Counted from the stretch's first letter, positions 39,491 through 50,776 are shown. The stretch is DNA of 64,000 nucleotides from Longimicrobiales bacterium (GCA_965202985.1 CBDBCF010000001.1:2112001-2176000), one strand, 5' to 3'. The notes: generated by a model from the letters alone, not told the origin. Translations and numbers: made by a program.

Positions 39491-40772
39491 GTCGTTGGAC
39501 GGGTCGACGCCCCACTTCGACGAGGCGTACGCCAACGTGGTATCATCTGTTGACCGCCTTCTGCGACAGAAGACGGAACCGTGGCGTGTTCTGTTGATCA
39601 CGGATTTGACCAGTCAGCTGCGCGCCATACTCTGGTGCCCCGACGAGGATTGGACACAAGGCCGGGACCAGTGTTCCGAGGCGCTGGCCGTTGCGTGCGG
39701 ACCGTATTGGTCGGACAGTGTCATCCGGGGCCGCACCGGCGCCGACCATCCTCAACCCCTACGTGTGTTGCAACGACACCGAGCGAAGTCGGCTTGGTTT
39801 GACGGCCCGACCGATCCACCGTGGCCGGGAGGGCAGCACGACTCTACCATCGCACTGTTCTATTCTTTCAAAGGTGGTGTCGGTCGTTCTACAGCCCTCG
39901 CCGCCACAGCCCTACACTTGGCCGCCACCGGAGAGCGCGTCGTGGTTCTGGACGCTGATTTCGATGCCCCCGGGTTGGGCTCTCTGTTGCCAGATCGCGA
40001 TCGTACCACATCACGCCACGGAATCGTGGATTATTTGCTTGAACAACCCGTTCTGGCGGCTAACGACATCGTCGCTGACATTGGCGAATACTACCACCGA
40101 TCTCTATTCTCGTATTCGGGTACGGACAGAGAGATTCTCGTGTTTCCCGCCGGGACGTTGAATGCGGATTTCGTCCGCAAGCTTGGTCGTGTTGACTACA
40201 CGCGTTCTTTGTCTACCCGTGAACATCCATTCCTGTCGCTCTTGGGAGCGATTCGAGACAACCTAAACCCGCAATGGATACTTATTGACTCGCGAGCGGG
40301 GCTTGGCGAGGCATCCGGCCTTCTAACTGGCGGCCTCTGTCACATAAACGTGCTCTTCGGGGCCCTTGCAGAAGCAAGTTGGGATGGCAGCGCACTGCTC
40401 TTGGATCGCCTCGGTGCGCAGCGAGTGCAGGCGTCAACGCCCCGCCCCCAGGGTGAATGTGTTTGGGTTGCACCGATGGTGCCGCAACGAGGACACCAGG
40501 AGGTAATGGCACGATTCTCGGAACGATCCCGCGATTTGTTCGCAGAGCGGTACTACGCGCATCCGAACGACGGGGACGGCCCGTGGACCTTGGACGATCT
40601 AGAAGATGACGATGCGCCACATGTGCCCGTGGCCATTATGTATGATCCGATTCTCATCGACATCCCCACCGCGACGGACGTTTCGGAAAGCTTGCTAAGG
40701 TCGTGGCCCTATCGGAGCCTCGTCAATAGAATGCTCACGTGTCGCGAACGACTTGTAGGAGAAACGGACTAG
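39477..40772 (+). CDS. ParA/MinD-like ATPase, KGGVGR-motif variant
   Basis: FYSFKGGVGRST, VVVLDADFDAPG, GIVDYL, ILIDSRAG; alternative TTG start at 39495 after AGGAGG. Confidence 0.85.
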   Translation: MQEDRSLDGSTPHFDEAYANVVSSVDRLLRQKTEPWRVLLITDLTSQLRAILWCPDEDWTQGRDQCSEALAVACGPYWSDSVIRGRTGADHPQPLRVLQRHRAKSAWFDGPTDPPWPGGQHDSTIALFYSFKGGVGRSTALAATALHLAATGERVVVLDADFDAPGLGSLLPDRDRTTSRHGIVDYLLEQPVLAANDIVADIGEYYHRSLFSYSGTDREILVFPAGTLNADFVRKLGRVDYTRSLSTREHPFLSLLGAIRDNLNPQWILIDSRAGLGEASGLLTGGLCHINVLFGALAEASWDGSALLLDRLGAQRVQASTPRPQGECVWVAPMVPQRGHQEVMARFSERSRDLFAERYYAHPNDGDGPWTLDDLEDDDAPHVPVAIMYDPILIDIPTATDVSESLLRSWPYRSLVNRMLTCRERLVGETD

Positions 40773-42289
40773 TGACAACCAGGAGGCAACTTACCAAGGC
40801 TGGGTGCGCCGAGCTGCGACGGCAGTTGCGTGATCTTGGCTACGGACAAGCCGAGACGGAAATGGAAGATATGTTTGCATTGCGCGTGTATCCGGTTCCT
40901 GATCACCTCAGAGCTATTGATCCAGGGGTAGTGTTGGTTGTTGGCTCCCGAGGGTCGGGAAAGAGCGAATTGTTTCGGGCATTCTTTCAGCAGAGTGCAG
41001 AAATGCGGCAAGCTTTGGTGAATCACACGCAATTCGGAAATTCCCGAATGCTGTCCCTTGAGCACGCCAAATGGTTGTCGGCTTATCCGAAGGGCATTGA
41101 CTTTCCGGATGAGCGTGCCCTAAAAAGCCATGTTCATACTGACGAGCAAGCGCAAAACGTCTGGTATGCAATGCTAGTTCGATGTCTGAAGAACGAATTT
41201 GATGCGGATGTAAGATCAGAACTTGATCCACTTCTGTCCGCCAGGGCGGCGGACTTGGGAACCGTCTTGGGAGCAATGGACTCGCTGAGCCTTAGTCCGA
41301 CGGTTGCGCTCGACGATCTGGAAGAAAGATTGGCGAACGAAGGAAGGTGGGTATTTCTGGGATATGACGAGCTGGATACCCTAGGTGGAACCGATTGGTC
41401 GCTGATGGCTAGGATGATTCGGGGCTTGATGGCCTTCTGGTCCAGTTATGGACGTCGCTGGAAGCGACTTCGGGCCAAGATTTTTCTTCGATCCGATCTC
41501 TTTCGCCGGCACGCCGATATGGGCACGGCAGATTTTGCGAAATTGGCGGCTAATCGCGCCGAACTTACTTGGTCGAATGCCGCGATCCTTGGAATGCTGG
41601 TCAAGAGAATCGTCAACACGTCTCCGGGGCTGGCGGAGTATTGTGCAGGAAAAATCGGGCTCGATCCGCAGAGATCCTTGGGGCTAATGCCGCGAGTCGA
41701 GCGCCCAGAGGACGCGTTTCCGTTGTTGGAGCGAATGGTCGGTGAACATATGGGTGCAACGAAGAAGAAGGGGTACGTTCGGAACTGGGTTTTTACGCAC
41801 TTGTACGACGGCAACAAGCACATCAGCCCGCGCACGATGGTTCGTCTCTTCGAGAGCGCGGCAACAAAGGATGCAGTGAATCAGACCGTCCGAGTACCGC
41901 GGCTTTTGCATCCCACCGCACTTCGACAGGGCCTAACCGACGTAGCGACGGATCATGTGACGCAGGGTCACCACGAATGGCCTTGGCTGGAAGGTGTCAA
42001 GCGTCGCTTGGCCGAGCAGCCGCTAGTGCCGTGGCCACGCACACGCTTCAATGAACTCTTGTCCACGGACTGGAACGGAGAGTGGCACGCTTCCAAGCCA
42101 TCTGTTCGTCCACCGGCGGATCGGGCTGCCGACCTTGGCGACTACCTGATCGAATTGGGGATCGTGCGGAAGCGCACCGACGATCGAATCGACGTGCCCG
42201 ATCTGTACCTCTTCGGTTTCGGCCTGCGGCGCAAAGGAGGCGTCAGGGCAAGGCAACAGCCTTCCAGTCGGCCCACAGGGCCAAAGTGA
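40772..42289 (+). CDS. P-loop NTPase, Sll1717-like (STAND/KAP-related)
   Basis: VVGSRGSGKS, FLGYDELD, KIFLRSD, C-terminal LIELGI..DVPDLYLFGFGLRRKGG; GTG overlaps the upstream TAG. Confidence 0.78.
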   Translation: MTTRRQLTKAGCAELRRQLRDLGYGQAETEMEDMFALRVYPVPDHLRAIDPGVVLVVGSRGSGKSELFRAFFQQSAEMRQALVNHTQFGNSRMLSLEHAKWLSAYPKGIDFPDERALKSHVHTDEQAQNVWYAMLVRCLKNEFDADVRSELDPLLSARAADLGTVLGAMDSLSLSPTVALDDLEERLANEGRWVFLGYDELDTLGGTDWSLMARMIRGLMAFWSSYGRRWKRLRAKIFLRSDLFRRHADMGTADFAKLAANRAELTWSNAAILGMLVKRIVNTSPGLAEYCAGKIGLDPQRSLGLMPRVERPEDAFPLLERMVGEHMGATKKKGYVRNWVFTHLYDGNKHISPRTMVRLFESAATKDAVNQTVRVPRLLHPTALRQGLTDVATDHVTQGHHEWPWLEGVKRRLAEQPLVPWPRTRFNELLSTDWNGEWHASKPSVRPPADRAADLGDYLIELGIVRKRTDDRIDVPDLYLFGFGLRRKGGVRARQQPSSRPTGPK

Positions 42290-42357
42290 CAACCCGGGGA
42301 CCTCGCGGCGCGGCGCTTCCAGTCCGATCGCTACCCCAGCTCAGCAGCGCCGCCGCC

Positions 42358-43581
42358 TCACCCCGCGCAGATCGGCGGCGCCTCGTAGTCCAGGTTCAGC
42401 AGGCGGGCGTAGCTTTGGCCTAGGGCGATGTTGCGGAAGGCTTCATCGTTCAGGTGCTGGTTGATGCTGCTCGTTACCGCCAGCTCTTCCTTGTAGCCCT
42501 CGAAGTCCTTGTTTCGGGAGGCGAGGAAGTCGGTGCCGGTGAGGATTCGCTCGGAGTGCGCGTTCAGGAACGGCACGTAGTGGGCGCGTTCTTCGGGTTG
42601 AGCGAAGTAGTGGTCGTGGACGATGCGCCAGGAGATGTCCAAGTAGAGGTTGGGGTAGTCGGCGAGCATCCGTTCCAGCAGGGCGACGTGGTGGGCGGCG
42701 TCCATGTCGACGAGCTGGAGCGACAGTCCCATGTGCACCCACACGATCTTGTTCGACGGGTAGCGGCGCAACACGCGTTCGATCAAGGGCAGGTGCGTAA
42801 GCGGTGCGTCGTCGTTGCCTAGGTCGGCGTGGATCGACAGGGGCATGTCTCGCTGGCGCAACAGGTCCATGAATGGCGCCCAGTCGTCGAACACGTCGGC
42901 CGTCACGGCTTCGTGATGGTTCCCGTACATTGCCTGCTTGACCAAGTTGATCTCGCCCACCCACTCGAACATGCCCGGAAACTCCTTGTCCAGAAGGGCA
43001 ATGCCGGGCAGGATCGAACTTGGGTTGGAAAGGTCCGGGAACGTCATCGCGAGAGCTAGGCGCACGCGGGCGGGTCGGTTCGCTGCGAAGGCGGTGGCGT
43101 TGGCGAAGTCGTTGCGGAACGCGGGCGTGACGGGGGTGCCCGGACAGTCCAGGTAGTACGTGCACGCCGAGAACGAGGGCAGCACCTGACCGATGCCCAT
43201 CACGGTGGCGAAGCGCACGCCGGCGGCCTCCAAGTAGCCGACCACCTCGTCGAACGGGATTGCGGGGCCGTTGAAGGGGCGGAAGTGGATGTGGGCATCC
43301 GCAATGGAGGTATGGGGCTCGGTGGTGCGGTCGAAGCAGGCGGAGGCGGCCGCTTGCCCGGACGGTGGAGCGGCTGCCGGTGGGTCCGTTGCCGATGGAT
43401 CGGCCGCTCGCCCAGTCGCTGGGTTCCCCGCTGGTGGGTCCTCCACTCGGGCCGGTGGGTCCAGCGCCGTCCATGTAGGCGCGGCCGGGGCGCCGCCGAA
43501 TGTGCCGGCCGTGCATCCGGCGGCGCTGGCCAGCAGCAGTGCGGACGCGAGGATGCTAGCGAGTCGGTCGTGTCTCTCCAT
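42358..43581 (-). CDS. amidohydrolase family (TIM-barrel) lipoprotein
   Basis: Lipobox SAAGC; DAHIH, GEINL, IHAD, WVHMG, LYLDISW, GTDF. Confidence 0.8.
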   Translation of the reverse strand: MERHDRLASILASALLLASAAGCTAGTFGGAPAAPTWTALDPPARVEDPPAGNPATGRAADPSATDPPAAAPPSGQAAASACFDRTTEPHTSIADAHIHFRPFNGPAIPFDEVVGYLEAAGVRFATVMGIGQVLPSFSACTYYLDCPGTPVTPAFRNDFANATAFAANRPARVRLALAMTFPDLSNPSSILPGIALLDKEFPGMFEWVGEINLVKQAMYGNHHEAVTADVFDDWAPFMDLLRQRDMPLSIHADLGNDDAPLTHLPLIERVLRRYPSNKIVWVHMGLSLQLVDMDAAHHVALLERMLADYPNLYLDISWRIVHDHYFAQPEERAHYVPFLNAHSERILTGTDFLASRNKDFEGYKEELAVTSSINQHLNDEAFRNIALGQSYARLLNLDYEAPPICAG

Positions 43582-45906
43582 CTACGTCTCCGTCAACTTG
43601 GCGCGCATGGATTCGAAAGCGTCGTCCATACCCGTCAATCGAGCCTTCAGGCGGTTGATCCGCAAGCAGATGTCGTCCCTGAAAGCGTGCAGGGCCATGT
43701 CTGTATGGTCAAGAGCGCCTGCTTGCTCCCTCTCGTGCGTCGCGTGCGCTTCCAGGGCGCCCTGCCAGCAACAGTGCGGCACCTGCCACCACGCAAAGAA
43801 GGTCTCCTCCATTCGCTCCCACACGATGTCGAAGTCGTCCCGTTCGGCCTTGACGGCGGCCATCGCGCAAGCCTTCGGCGTCTTGGCGAACCCCTCCAGC
43901 AGGGGGAAGACTTGGACGGGAAGCGACCTCTCCCGCAAGCCGCCGAAGAACAGCTCCCAGTCGGGGATGCCCGGCTGCTCGGCCATTCGAAGGGCCACGG
44001 ACTGAAACGCCTCGACCGCCTCGGTTCCGTCCAGCCTGCTCGCGTACGCCTCCGCGATTGTCTTCGGGCGACGAGGGGCGCGCTTCGATTGCGGCGTGGC
44101 CGGCCCCACGTGCCAGATCAGCGGCCAAAGGCGGCGTCGGCTCGCGCTGCCTCCAACGACGAGGTACGGTCCGGGCCCAAAGTCCTGTTCCGGCGCCAGC
44201 CAACCGGTCTTGCTTGCGCGCTTCAGCGATGTCGGCTTCAGGTCGGGATCGAGAAGAAACAGCGCCTCGACATCAAGGTCCGCCAAGTCGGCGGCGGTCA
44301 GCTTGGAGCGGCTCGACTTGTCAAGATCGAGTACGGACGAATCGGCGTCGCGGCGTTCCAGCTTCAAATCGAAGCGCATCACCGAGACGTATGCGGGCCG
44401 GGGGGCGCTCGTTCCTCGGGCGTCACGCATACCTCCTCGGGCGCCGCAAATGCGCAACTGAACCGCGCCGTCCAAGTCCCGGCTGTGCGCCAGCGCATCC
44501 TCGACAGCGGATTGGACAGCGGCAAGGTCCAGCGCGTAGTGTCCGGGACTTGTTGCCGGGATTTGCACTGCGATCCGGTCGCGGCGGCGTCGGACCTTGG
44601 TCGCGTCCTTCCCGACGTATCGCCCCTGGACCTCGAACATCGCGTGGCCCGCAGCAACGACTTCGGCACGCGCGCCGGCCAGCTGCGTTGTGGTCAGAGC
44701 GGAGCCCGGCGACAGTTCCTGGCCTCGGGGGCCGAAGAACGCCGCGTGCTCGGTGGGGAACGGAAGCCTCAACTCGGCCGTCCCCAGCAGGCCGTCCGGG
44801 CCCGGCCAGTCCACCCTGACGATCACGTCGCGGGGAGGTTTTTCGTCTTGAACGGTCAGCTCCAAGCGATACTCGTCGCTGTCGCCGCTGGTGCGTGCGT
44901 GCAAGCGCTCGCCGACCGAGGCTTCGATCTCGCCGAAGCGCAGCAGCCGTACTTCCCCGCGTCGCGGATCGGTCGAGGTGTGGAGTTCGACAGCAGCTCG
45001 TTCCGGCAGCGTGCGGAGTCGAACGGAACGGCGCACCACGTCTCCGTCCACGTACCGCAAGGTGCCTGCTCCCACTACTAAGTCGCAGTCGGACAGGCTC
45101 TTCCATGTCGTTCCGGATACGTCCGGCATCCACTGCAGATCGCACTCGGGGACGACGCCCTGCTGTTCGCCGTTGCGCCATTCGCGCATGGCCGGGCGAC
45201 CCAAGAACACGGGCGTCCTCTCCCGACCGAAGGCGCGTCGCGTCCCTTGTAACCTGTACTCCACGTCTGCGCTGTCCGACGAAGCCGCCGTCTCAATTGT
45301 GATCGACGAGCCGTTGCTTCTGCGCAGGATTGCCTTGCCCCGCACACGATAGAGACGGCGCGCTCCGGGGCGCATGACGTCCACGACTGCCGCCCGGTCG
45401 TCGTCTCCCGTCTCGATCTCGGTGTCCACGCTCGCGGCGACCAGGACCCAGGGCATATCGAGATCGACCGACCGTCCGCCAGCAACGCCATGTACTTTGT
45501 GCAGGACTTGCGCCGGGTCCGCAGCGAACAGCCAGGGAAGGTCGCCCAGGCTTGGGCTGGCCGGCTCGCCCAGGATCCAGGCGATCAGTTGTCGGGCGTC
45601 CTCGGAGGCGTTCACGCGGACTTGCAACACCTTGAACCGGCGCTCGCCTCCGGGCAGCTCGACGACGATCTCCTTGCCTTGGCGTGCACGCAGGAGCGCA
45701 TCGCCCATCGGCGAACTGGCGGACACGTGGCCAGCGTTGAGGTCGACCTGGGCGCTTCCCACGACCGTGTGGCGCAGCAGCTCGTCGTCGGTCAGGTCGT
45801 GAACGACGACCTCCACGCCACGGCGGACCGGAATTCCGATCTCCAACTCGTACGTCAGGAGATCGAGTTCGTCGCTGATCTTGGAGTCGGTAGCGTCGTC
45901 AAGCAT
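43582..45906 (-). CDS. GreA/GreB C-terminal domain fused to an STY4851/ECs_5259 (DruH-like) body
   Basis: N-terminal TVVG..D...[32 protein letters not shown] matches the Gre C-terminal domain; LPWLF and [22 protein letters not shown] recall the STY4851 family (by memory, less certain). Confidence 0.6.
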   Translation of the reverse strand: MLDDATDSKISDELDLLTYELEIGIPVRRGVEVVVHDLTDDELLRHTVVGSAQVDLNAGHVSASSPMGDALLRARQGKEIVVELPGGERRFKVLQVRVNASEDARQLIAWILGEPASPSLGDLPWLFAADPAQVLHKVHGVAGGRSVDLDMPWVLVAASVDTEIETGDDDRAAVVDVMRPGARRLYRVRGKAILRRSNGSSITIETAASSDSADVEYRLQGTRRAFGRERTPVFLGRPAMREWRNGEQQGVVPECDLQWMPDVSGTTWKSLSDCDLVVGAGTLRYVDGDVVRRSVRLRTLPERAAVELHTSTDPRRGEVRLLRFGEIEASVGERLHARTSGDSDEYRLELTVQDEKPPRDVIVRVDWPGPDGLLGTAELRLPFPTEHAAFFGPRGQELSPGSALTTTQLAGARAEVVAAGHAMFEVQGRYVGKDATKVRRRRDRIAVQIPATSPGHYALDLAAVQSAVEDALAHSRDLDGAVQLRICGARGGMRDARGTSAPRPAYVSVMRFDLKLERRDADSSVLDLDKSSRSKLTAADLADLDVEALFLLDPDLKPTSLKRASKTGWLAPEQDFGPGPYLVVGGSASRRRLWPLIWHVGPATPQSKRAPRRPKTIAEAYASRLDGTEAVEAFQSVALRMAEQPGIPDWELFFGGLRERSLPVQVFPLLEGFAKTPKACAMAAVKAERDDFDIVWERMEETFFAWWQVPHCCWQGALEAHATHEREQAGALDHTDMALHAFRDDICLRINRLKARLTGMDDAFESMRAKLTET

Positions 45907-46212
45907 GAAGCAATGCGGACTCGCGGGCCTCTTGCTTGCAGGCTCGCGCGGGGCGTACGATACTGCGGGGCCGTACAGACTGCTGCGCGCCGGCGTCGGA
46001 GTCAAGCAGGCCGACCGTCGAGTGCGCCGAAACGGAGGACCAGCTATGGACCGCAAGGCCGATTGCGCAACCCGCGTCGGAGCCGACTACGGAACGTCCG
46101 TTCGGGCCGCGTGGGGCGTCCGGTGACGCTCGCACGGCCGATGACAGTTGGGCTCCCGATAATGCCTGCGCGGCCGACGGCGGTTGGGCTCTGGATGGTG
46201 CTTGCGCATTCA

Positions 46213-47430
46213 ATGGCGGTTAGCCGTCTGTTGGCGCTCGCGGTCCCGCTGGCGGCTTTGCTGGTCGGGGCGGCGGCGGCCCAGGAGCAGATCGCGCTGC
46301 CGGAAGACGACCTCGTTCTGGACGCCGGCTTTGAAGAGGTGTACCGGATCGGTTCGGTGACTGGGGAGGAATGGGAGGCGTTCGGCCATGTCGGCGGGAC
46401 AGGGTTCGACGCCTCGGGCAACCTGCACGTGCTCGACAGCCAGAACGCCCGGATCGTCGTCGTGTCGCCCCAGGGGGAGTTCGTTCGCGAGTTCGGGCGC
46501 CAGGGCGACGGTCCGGGCGAGTTCCAGCCCTTCGCCAGCTTCGCCGTCATGCGCGACGGGCGTACCGTGGTGTTCAGCGACCAGACGGGCATTCAGGTCT
46601 TCGGGCGCGACGGCAACTTCGCGCGCAGCGTGCGCCTGCCGCCGAACGAGGCGATCTTCCGCTACGCCGACGAGATGCGGCCCTTGGCTTCGGGCGACGA
46701 GGTCGTGATGGGAAGCTTCGAGACCTTGGCGATGCCGACGGAAGAATCTGTCGACGACGCCGAGTCCGTCAAAGAGCGTCCCGTGGTGCGGCTCGACTTC
46801 GGCGGCGACGTGATCGCGTTCGACACTCTGACAATGGCTTGGCAACCACCGCGAGGCCAGCCAGCCCGTTGGGTCGAAACCGCCGACGGCCGAACCGCCC
46901 TCGTACTCCGCCGCCCAGCCCAGTTCGAGCCCAAGCTGCTGCTGGCCGCGACGCCCGACGGCGCGTACGCCTACTCCGATTCCAGCGCCTACGTGATCCG
47001 CGTGGCTCCGCTCGGCGGCTCGGTTTCCCGCGTCCTGATCCGGCCGTTTCGCGCTCGCCGCCTGACCGATCGCGTCAAGAAGGCCACGACCGAGCACCTC
47101 TACCGGGACGTGCCGCCGGAAGTGCGCGGCCGGCTGGCGGAGCCCGAGTTCCATCACGAGGTCCCGGTGCTGACGGAGATGCGGGCGTCGTGGGAGGGAA
47201 AGATCTGGGTCCAGCGCTGGAACACGGACCTGGACCTGTGGGGGAGCCAGCCAGGAAGCCTGGGGCCGATCGACCTCCTGACCACGGACGGTCGCTACCT
47301 GGGAACCCTCCCTCCGGGCTTGATGTCGCTCCCCACCTTCGGCCCCGACGGCTTGGCCGCCTTCGTCGAAACCGACGAACTGGACGTGCCGACGATCGTC
47401 GTGAGGCGCTTGCCGGAAGCGTTGCGGTAG
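46213..47430 (+). CDS. secreted 6-bladed beta-propeller protein
   Basis: Signal peptide; [55 protein letters not shown]. Confidence 0.8.
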   Translation: MAVSRLLALAVPLAALLVGAAAAQEQIALPEDDLVLDAGFEEVYRIGSVTGEEWEAFGHVGGTGFDASGNLHVLDSQNARIVVVSPQGEFVREFGRQGDGPGEFQPFASFAVMRDGRTVVFSDQTGIQVFGRDGNFARSVRLPPNEAIFRYADEMRPLASGDEVVMGSFETLAMPTEESVDDAESVKERPVVRLDFGGDVIAFDTLTMAWQPPRGQPARWVETADGRTALVLRRPAQFEPKLLLAATPDGAYAYSDSSAYVIRVAPLGGSVSRVLIRPFRARRLTDRVKKATTEHLYRDVPPEVRGRLAEPEFHHEVPVLTEMRASWEGKIWVQRWNTDLDLWGSQPGSLGPIDLLTTDGRYLGTLPPGLMSLPTFGPDGLAAFVETDELDVPTIVVRRLPEALR

Positions 47431-47451
47431 CTGCCGGGATCCGCCTGTTCT

Positions 47452-49770
47452 TCAGGATGGACGCGACGCCCGGGCACGAAGCCGCGTACGCAATGTTGTC
47501 TGGATCTGAGCGTACAGGCGTGCTTGTTCGGCTTGACGGTCAGCGAGAACTACCGCCAGCGCATACTCTTCTCGCTCCGACGACAGTCCTCCTCCCCAGG
47601 CCGGGTCATTCCGTGTAACAACGAACACCCAGCGACACTGACGCAGTTTCTCGGATGGCTGCTTGACCTCCCAGCTAGAAGCTTGAACCGTACCCCGTGA
47701 CCGCACTTGTGCTGTGATGCTCCTCCCCGAACTTCGTTCCGGCATCGCCGGTGCATCGCTTCGAGCGGTTTCCGCATTGAATGACCGAACCACCTGCTCA
47801 ACGGAATCGGACTGAACAAGCGAAAAGCTGATCTTGACTGCTCGATAGTCGACGCGAGTCGTCTGCACCGGCGACCGATAGGCCAGCGCTACCGTCATCT
47901 TTCGCGACCGGCGTCCGCTTGACCAGTAGTCTGCTGGGATCGGAATTTCGTAGAACTGGTGACTCTTGTTCCCAATCAAATCCATGGCCCAAAGCGTGAC
48001 GCAGTTGTCAAGAGAGCGAAACAGCGCGGTTCGGTCCACTCTTCCGTACCCAGCAACGTGCCGCACCTCGATCCTCGACTCCGAGCACAGCTCCTCGCAA
48101 CTCGGCGGAACTTCAGCGTGAGCTGCCAGTAGGGCTCGGCAGAGATCCACGCTTGCCTCAGGCATGTGCACAAGCATCGTTGCCACCAAATTGGACACCC
48201 GCGGTGCTGCGAAGCTGGTGCCGGAACAGGTTTCGAAAGGCATTCCGCTAGCGAAGCTTAGCGAAGTAGAGAGTTCTCCAACTTCCATTGACCCTGTGAG
48301 GCCTGTGCGATGGTCAACAAGTTCGTTGCCACCATAATCGACAAGGTCCGGCTTGATTGCTTCGTTCACTGATGGCCCGTGTCTTGTAAAGGGTGATGGT
48401 TGGCCCGCTCGGGCCACAGGAGCGTAGCCCGGATCGTCCGGCCAACGAGGATCGCGATCGTAGCGAGCCAGACTTCCGATCGTCAGCGCGTTCAACGCAG
48501 GTGCCGGGTCAATGAGAGTCGCATCCTTGTCGTGAAGGTGTCTCGGGTATCTGTCCGCTGGAGTAGCAGCAGTATCCAGATTGCCAGTAGGAACGACAAA
48601 GAGCACGCCAAGTTCCCTGCTGAGCGAATCCAGAGTCACGGCAAGCCCACGGACATGTCGACCATGGTACGGCTTCCGCCGGTCGCCATACGAGAGATTG
48701 AACACCTTGCAGCCATAGTTATCCACAAAGTATCGTACCGCCTCCTCAACTTGATTTTCAATGAGACGGGCGTCGCCCTCAACGCGTTCATCCAGTATTC
48801 GGCCGCTGTATAGCGTCAGGTCGGGCACAAATCGACGCTTCTCCACGCATTTGGCGACATCGCCGTAGAGCGTGATTCCGGCGACGAGCGTACCGTGCCC
48901 GTTGTCGTCCGCCGCTGAGCTGCCAGTCAAGAAGCTCTGGGAATCTCCGACGGCCGGGGCCAATACAGGGTGCCCGGACGCGATGCCGGAATCGAGAACA
49001 ACGACACCGGGAGCACCTGACGGGGGAGCACGTACTTCCTCCAGTTCCTGGACGCTGCGGCCTCGAAGGCGCCGGTCCAACATAACCCGAGGAGGCAAAT
49101 CAACAAGTCGGACGTCTCGGTGCCGTAGCAGCTTGCCGACCAGACTGCTAGAGCTCTTCGTACGATAGAGGCACAGGTACGGCTTTCGCACTGAATCAAC
49201 TGCTTCACCGCCGTTGTCTTCCAGCCATCGCTCGAACGCCTTTCGAAGACGGTTCATTTCAGCGGCACTCGCAAGCGGCCAAAGCTCGACATCTACAGTG
49301 ACGACTGCCTTCTGTGGGATTCCTTCGCGATTCAGTGACCATCTGGTTCTGTCTTCTGGCGTCAGCTGGTCCAGGTCGCGAAGGGCATAGATCAACTGAC
49401 GATACGTTACGTAAGTTCCTTCGGCGACGCCGCCAAGCTTACGTCGGAAATCAACGAGCTGTTCGTCAGTAGCGAACGCCAGGACTAGCTTCTTGTCCTC
49501 TTGACTCACGACCTCAATGCCTTTGGCGACCTTCACAATCTCCTCCGGGGGAACGCTGGTGTCCAAGTGCAACCTGACGAGTCGTCGGGCGTCGTAGCCG
49601 CCTATTTCGGGATCGGCGTGAAGAAGCGAGTCGAGTCGTCGCTGGAGGTGGCTGCCATGAGCTCGGGGGTCCTCCGGTTGTCGCGGCTGTCCAAAGCCTT
49701 TCGCGGGCCTTCGGTCCGTGATCGGCTTCTCTCTCGTAAGGTGCAAGTGCGGATAATCGGAGCTGCTCAT
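47452..49770 (-). CDS. S8 family subtilisin-like serine protease (IetS-like)
   Basis: Triad VVVLDSG / NGHGTLVAG / SGTSFAAP; KPDLVDYGGN; no signal peptide; ATGA overlap with the AAA ATPase. Confidence 0.9.
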   Translation of the reverse strand: MSSSDYPHLHLTREKPITDRRPAKGFGQPRQPEDPRAHGSHLQRRLDSLLHADPEIGGYDARRLVRLHLDTSVPPEEIVKVAKGIEVVSQEDKKLVLAFATDEQLVDFRRKLGGVAEGTYVTYRQLIYALRDLDQLTPEDRTRWSLNREGIPQKAVVTVDVELWPLASAAEMNRLRKAFERWLEDNGGEAVDSVRKPYLCLYRTKSSSSLVGKLLRHRDVRLVDLPPRVMLDRRLRGRSVQELEEVRAPPSGAPGVVVLDSGIASGHPVLAPAVGDSQSFLTGSSAADDNGHGTLVAGITLYGDVAKCVEKRRFVPDLTLYSGRILDERVEGDARLIENQVEEAVRYFVDNYGCKVFNLSYGDRRKPYHGRHVRGLAVTLDSLSRELGVLFVVPTGNLDTAATPADRYPRHLHDKDATLIDPAPALNALTIGSLARYDRDPRWPDDPGYAPVARAGQPSPFTRHGPSVNEAIKPDLVDYGGNELVDHRTGLTGSMEVGELSTSLSFASGMPFETCSGTSFAAPRVSNLVATMLVHMPEASVDLCRALLAAHAEVPPSCEELCSESRIEVRHVAGYGRVDRTALFRSLDNCVTLWAMDLIGNKSHQFYEIPIPADYWSSGRRSRKMTVALAYRSPVQTTRVDYRAVKISFSLVQSDSVEQVVRSFNAETARSDAPAMPERSSGRSITAQVRSRGTVQASSWEVKQPSEKLRQCRWVFVVTRNDPAWGGGLSSEREEYALAVVLADRQAEQARLYAQIQTTLRTRLRARASRPS

Positions 49771-50776
49771 GCGTTCGACGATCTCCGCGCCCTTCGAGTC
49801 CTTGCCTTTTCATACCGATGCGCGGCCGCAATGTGGCCCGTCGTCAGGTATGAATCGTCGCCCTGAAGAACCATCTCCTTCATCGCCCGGCGCAGGACGC
49901 GTTCCACGTCGGCATGGCTCGCACCGTCGAAGATGCCTGACGCCGCCAGCTCGTCAAGGCCGATTCTTCGGCGCACACCGCGAAGCTTGACCTCCAGGAG
50001 CTTGCGCACCTGCGTCCTAGTGGGAGGCCCCAATACCAGGATCTCCTCGAACCGGCGCCAGATCGCACGATCAAGCATTCCCTCGTGGTTGGTGGCGGCA
50101 ATGACGACACTGCGGCCTTCGTAGGCATCGAACATCTGGAGAACGGCATTTACGACCCGGCGAAGCTCCCCGTGCTCGGTGGCGTCGTCGCGCTCCTTGC
50201 CCAGGGCGTCAAATTCGTCAAAGAGCGCTACCGTGGGTTGTGCGGCTATGAAGTCGAACACCCTTCGAAGGTTCGCGGCGGTCTCTCCAGGAACGAGGAG
50301 ACAACGCTGTCGGTCCGGACAACCACGAATGGGCGGCCCAACTCGTGGGCGATCACTTCCGCCGTGAGTGTTTTGCCGCAACCTGGCGGGCCACAGAAGA
50401 GAACTCTGTCGCTTGGCCGCAGACCGTAGGCCTTCAGGACGTCGTCGCGATGGTTCTCGCGAACAATTCGCCTGACCAGAGAGAGATTGATGGGCGACAG
50501 CACGACGTCTTCCAAGCGCCGAGACGGCTCTTTCACCGCCAGGAGAGGTATGCCCCTTTCGTGGTCGTGGGGAACTGCGGCCGCCAACCTCCGCGAAGCG
50601 GCAGACCTCGGCTTGGCAGGACGGCCGTATAGGATGCTCTCCAAATCGTCGGCCAGGAGGTGGTGTTGCTTCTGACGTTCCTCGGCGATGACCTTCTTAG
50701 CAACGCCCCGGAAGGCGGCGAGGTCGCCGTCCGCTCCAGAGCGCACCAACTGACGCAACAGGTTGCCGTTCGCCAC
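49767..50776 (-). pseudogene. AAA+ ATPase (IetA-like), frameshifted at 50287-50288
   Basis: GPPGCGKT..VVSSFL in one frame and GETAANLRRVF..FDEFD..AATNH..DRAIWRRF in another; one added G restores SSFLGETAA (336 aa). Confidence 0.85.

Noticed and set aside
19210..40772. ParA-ParB partition system formed by the ParB-domain and ParA-like genes
   Set aside because: They are 18 kb apart, each embedded in its own operon with non-partition partners and atypical domain architectures
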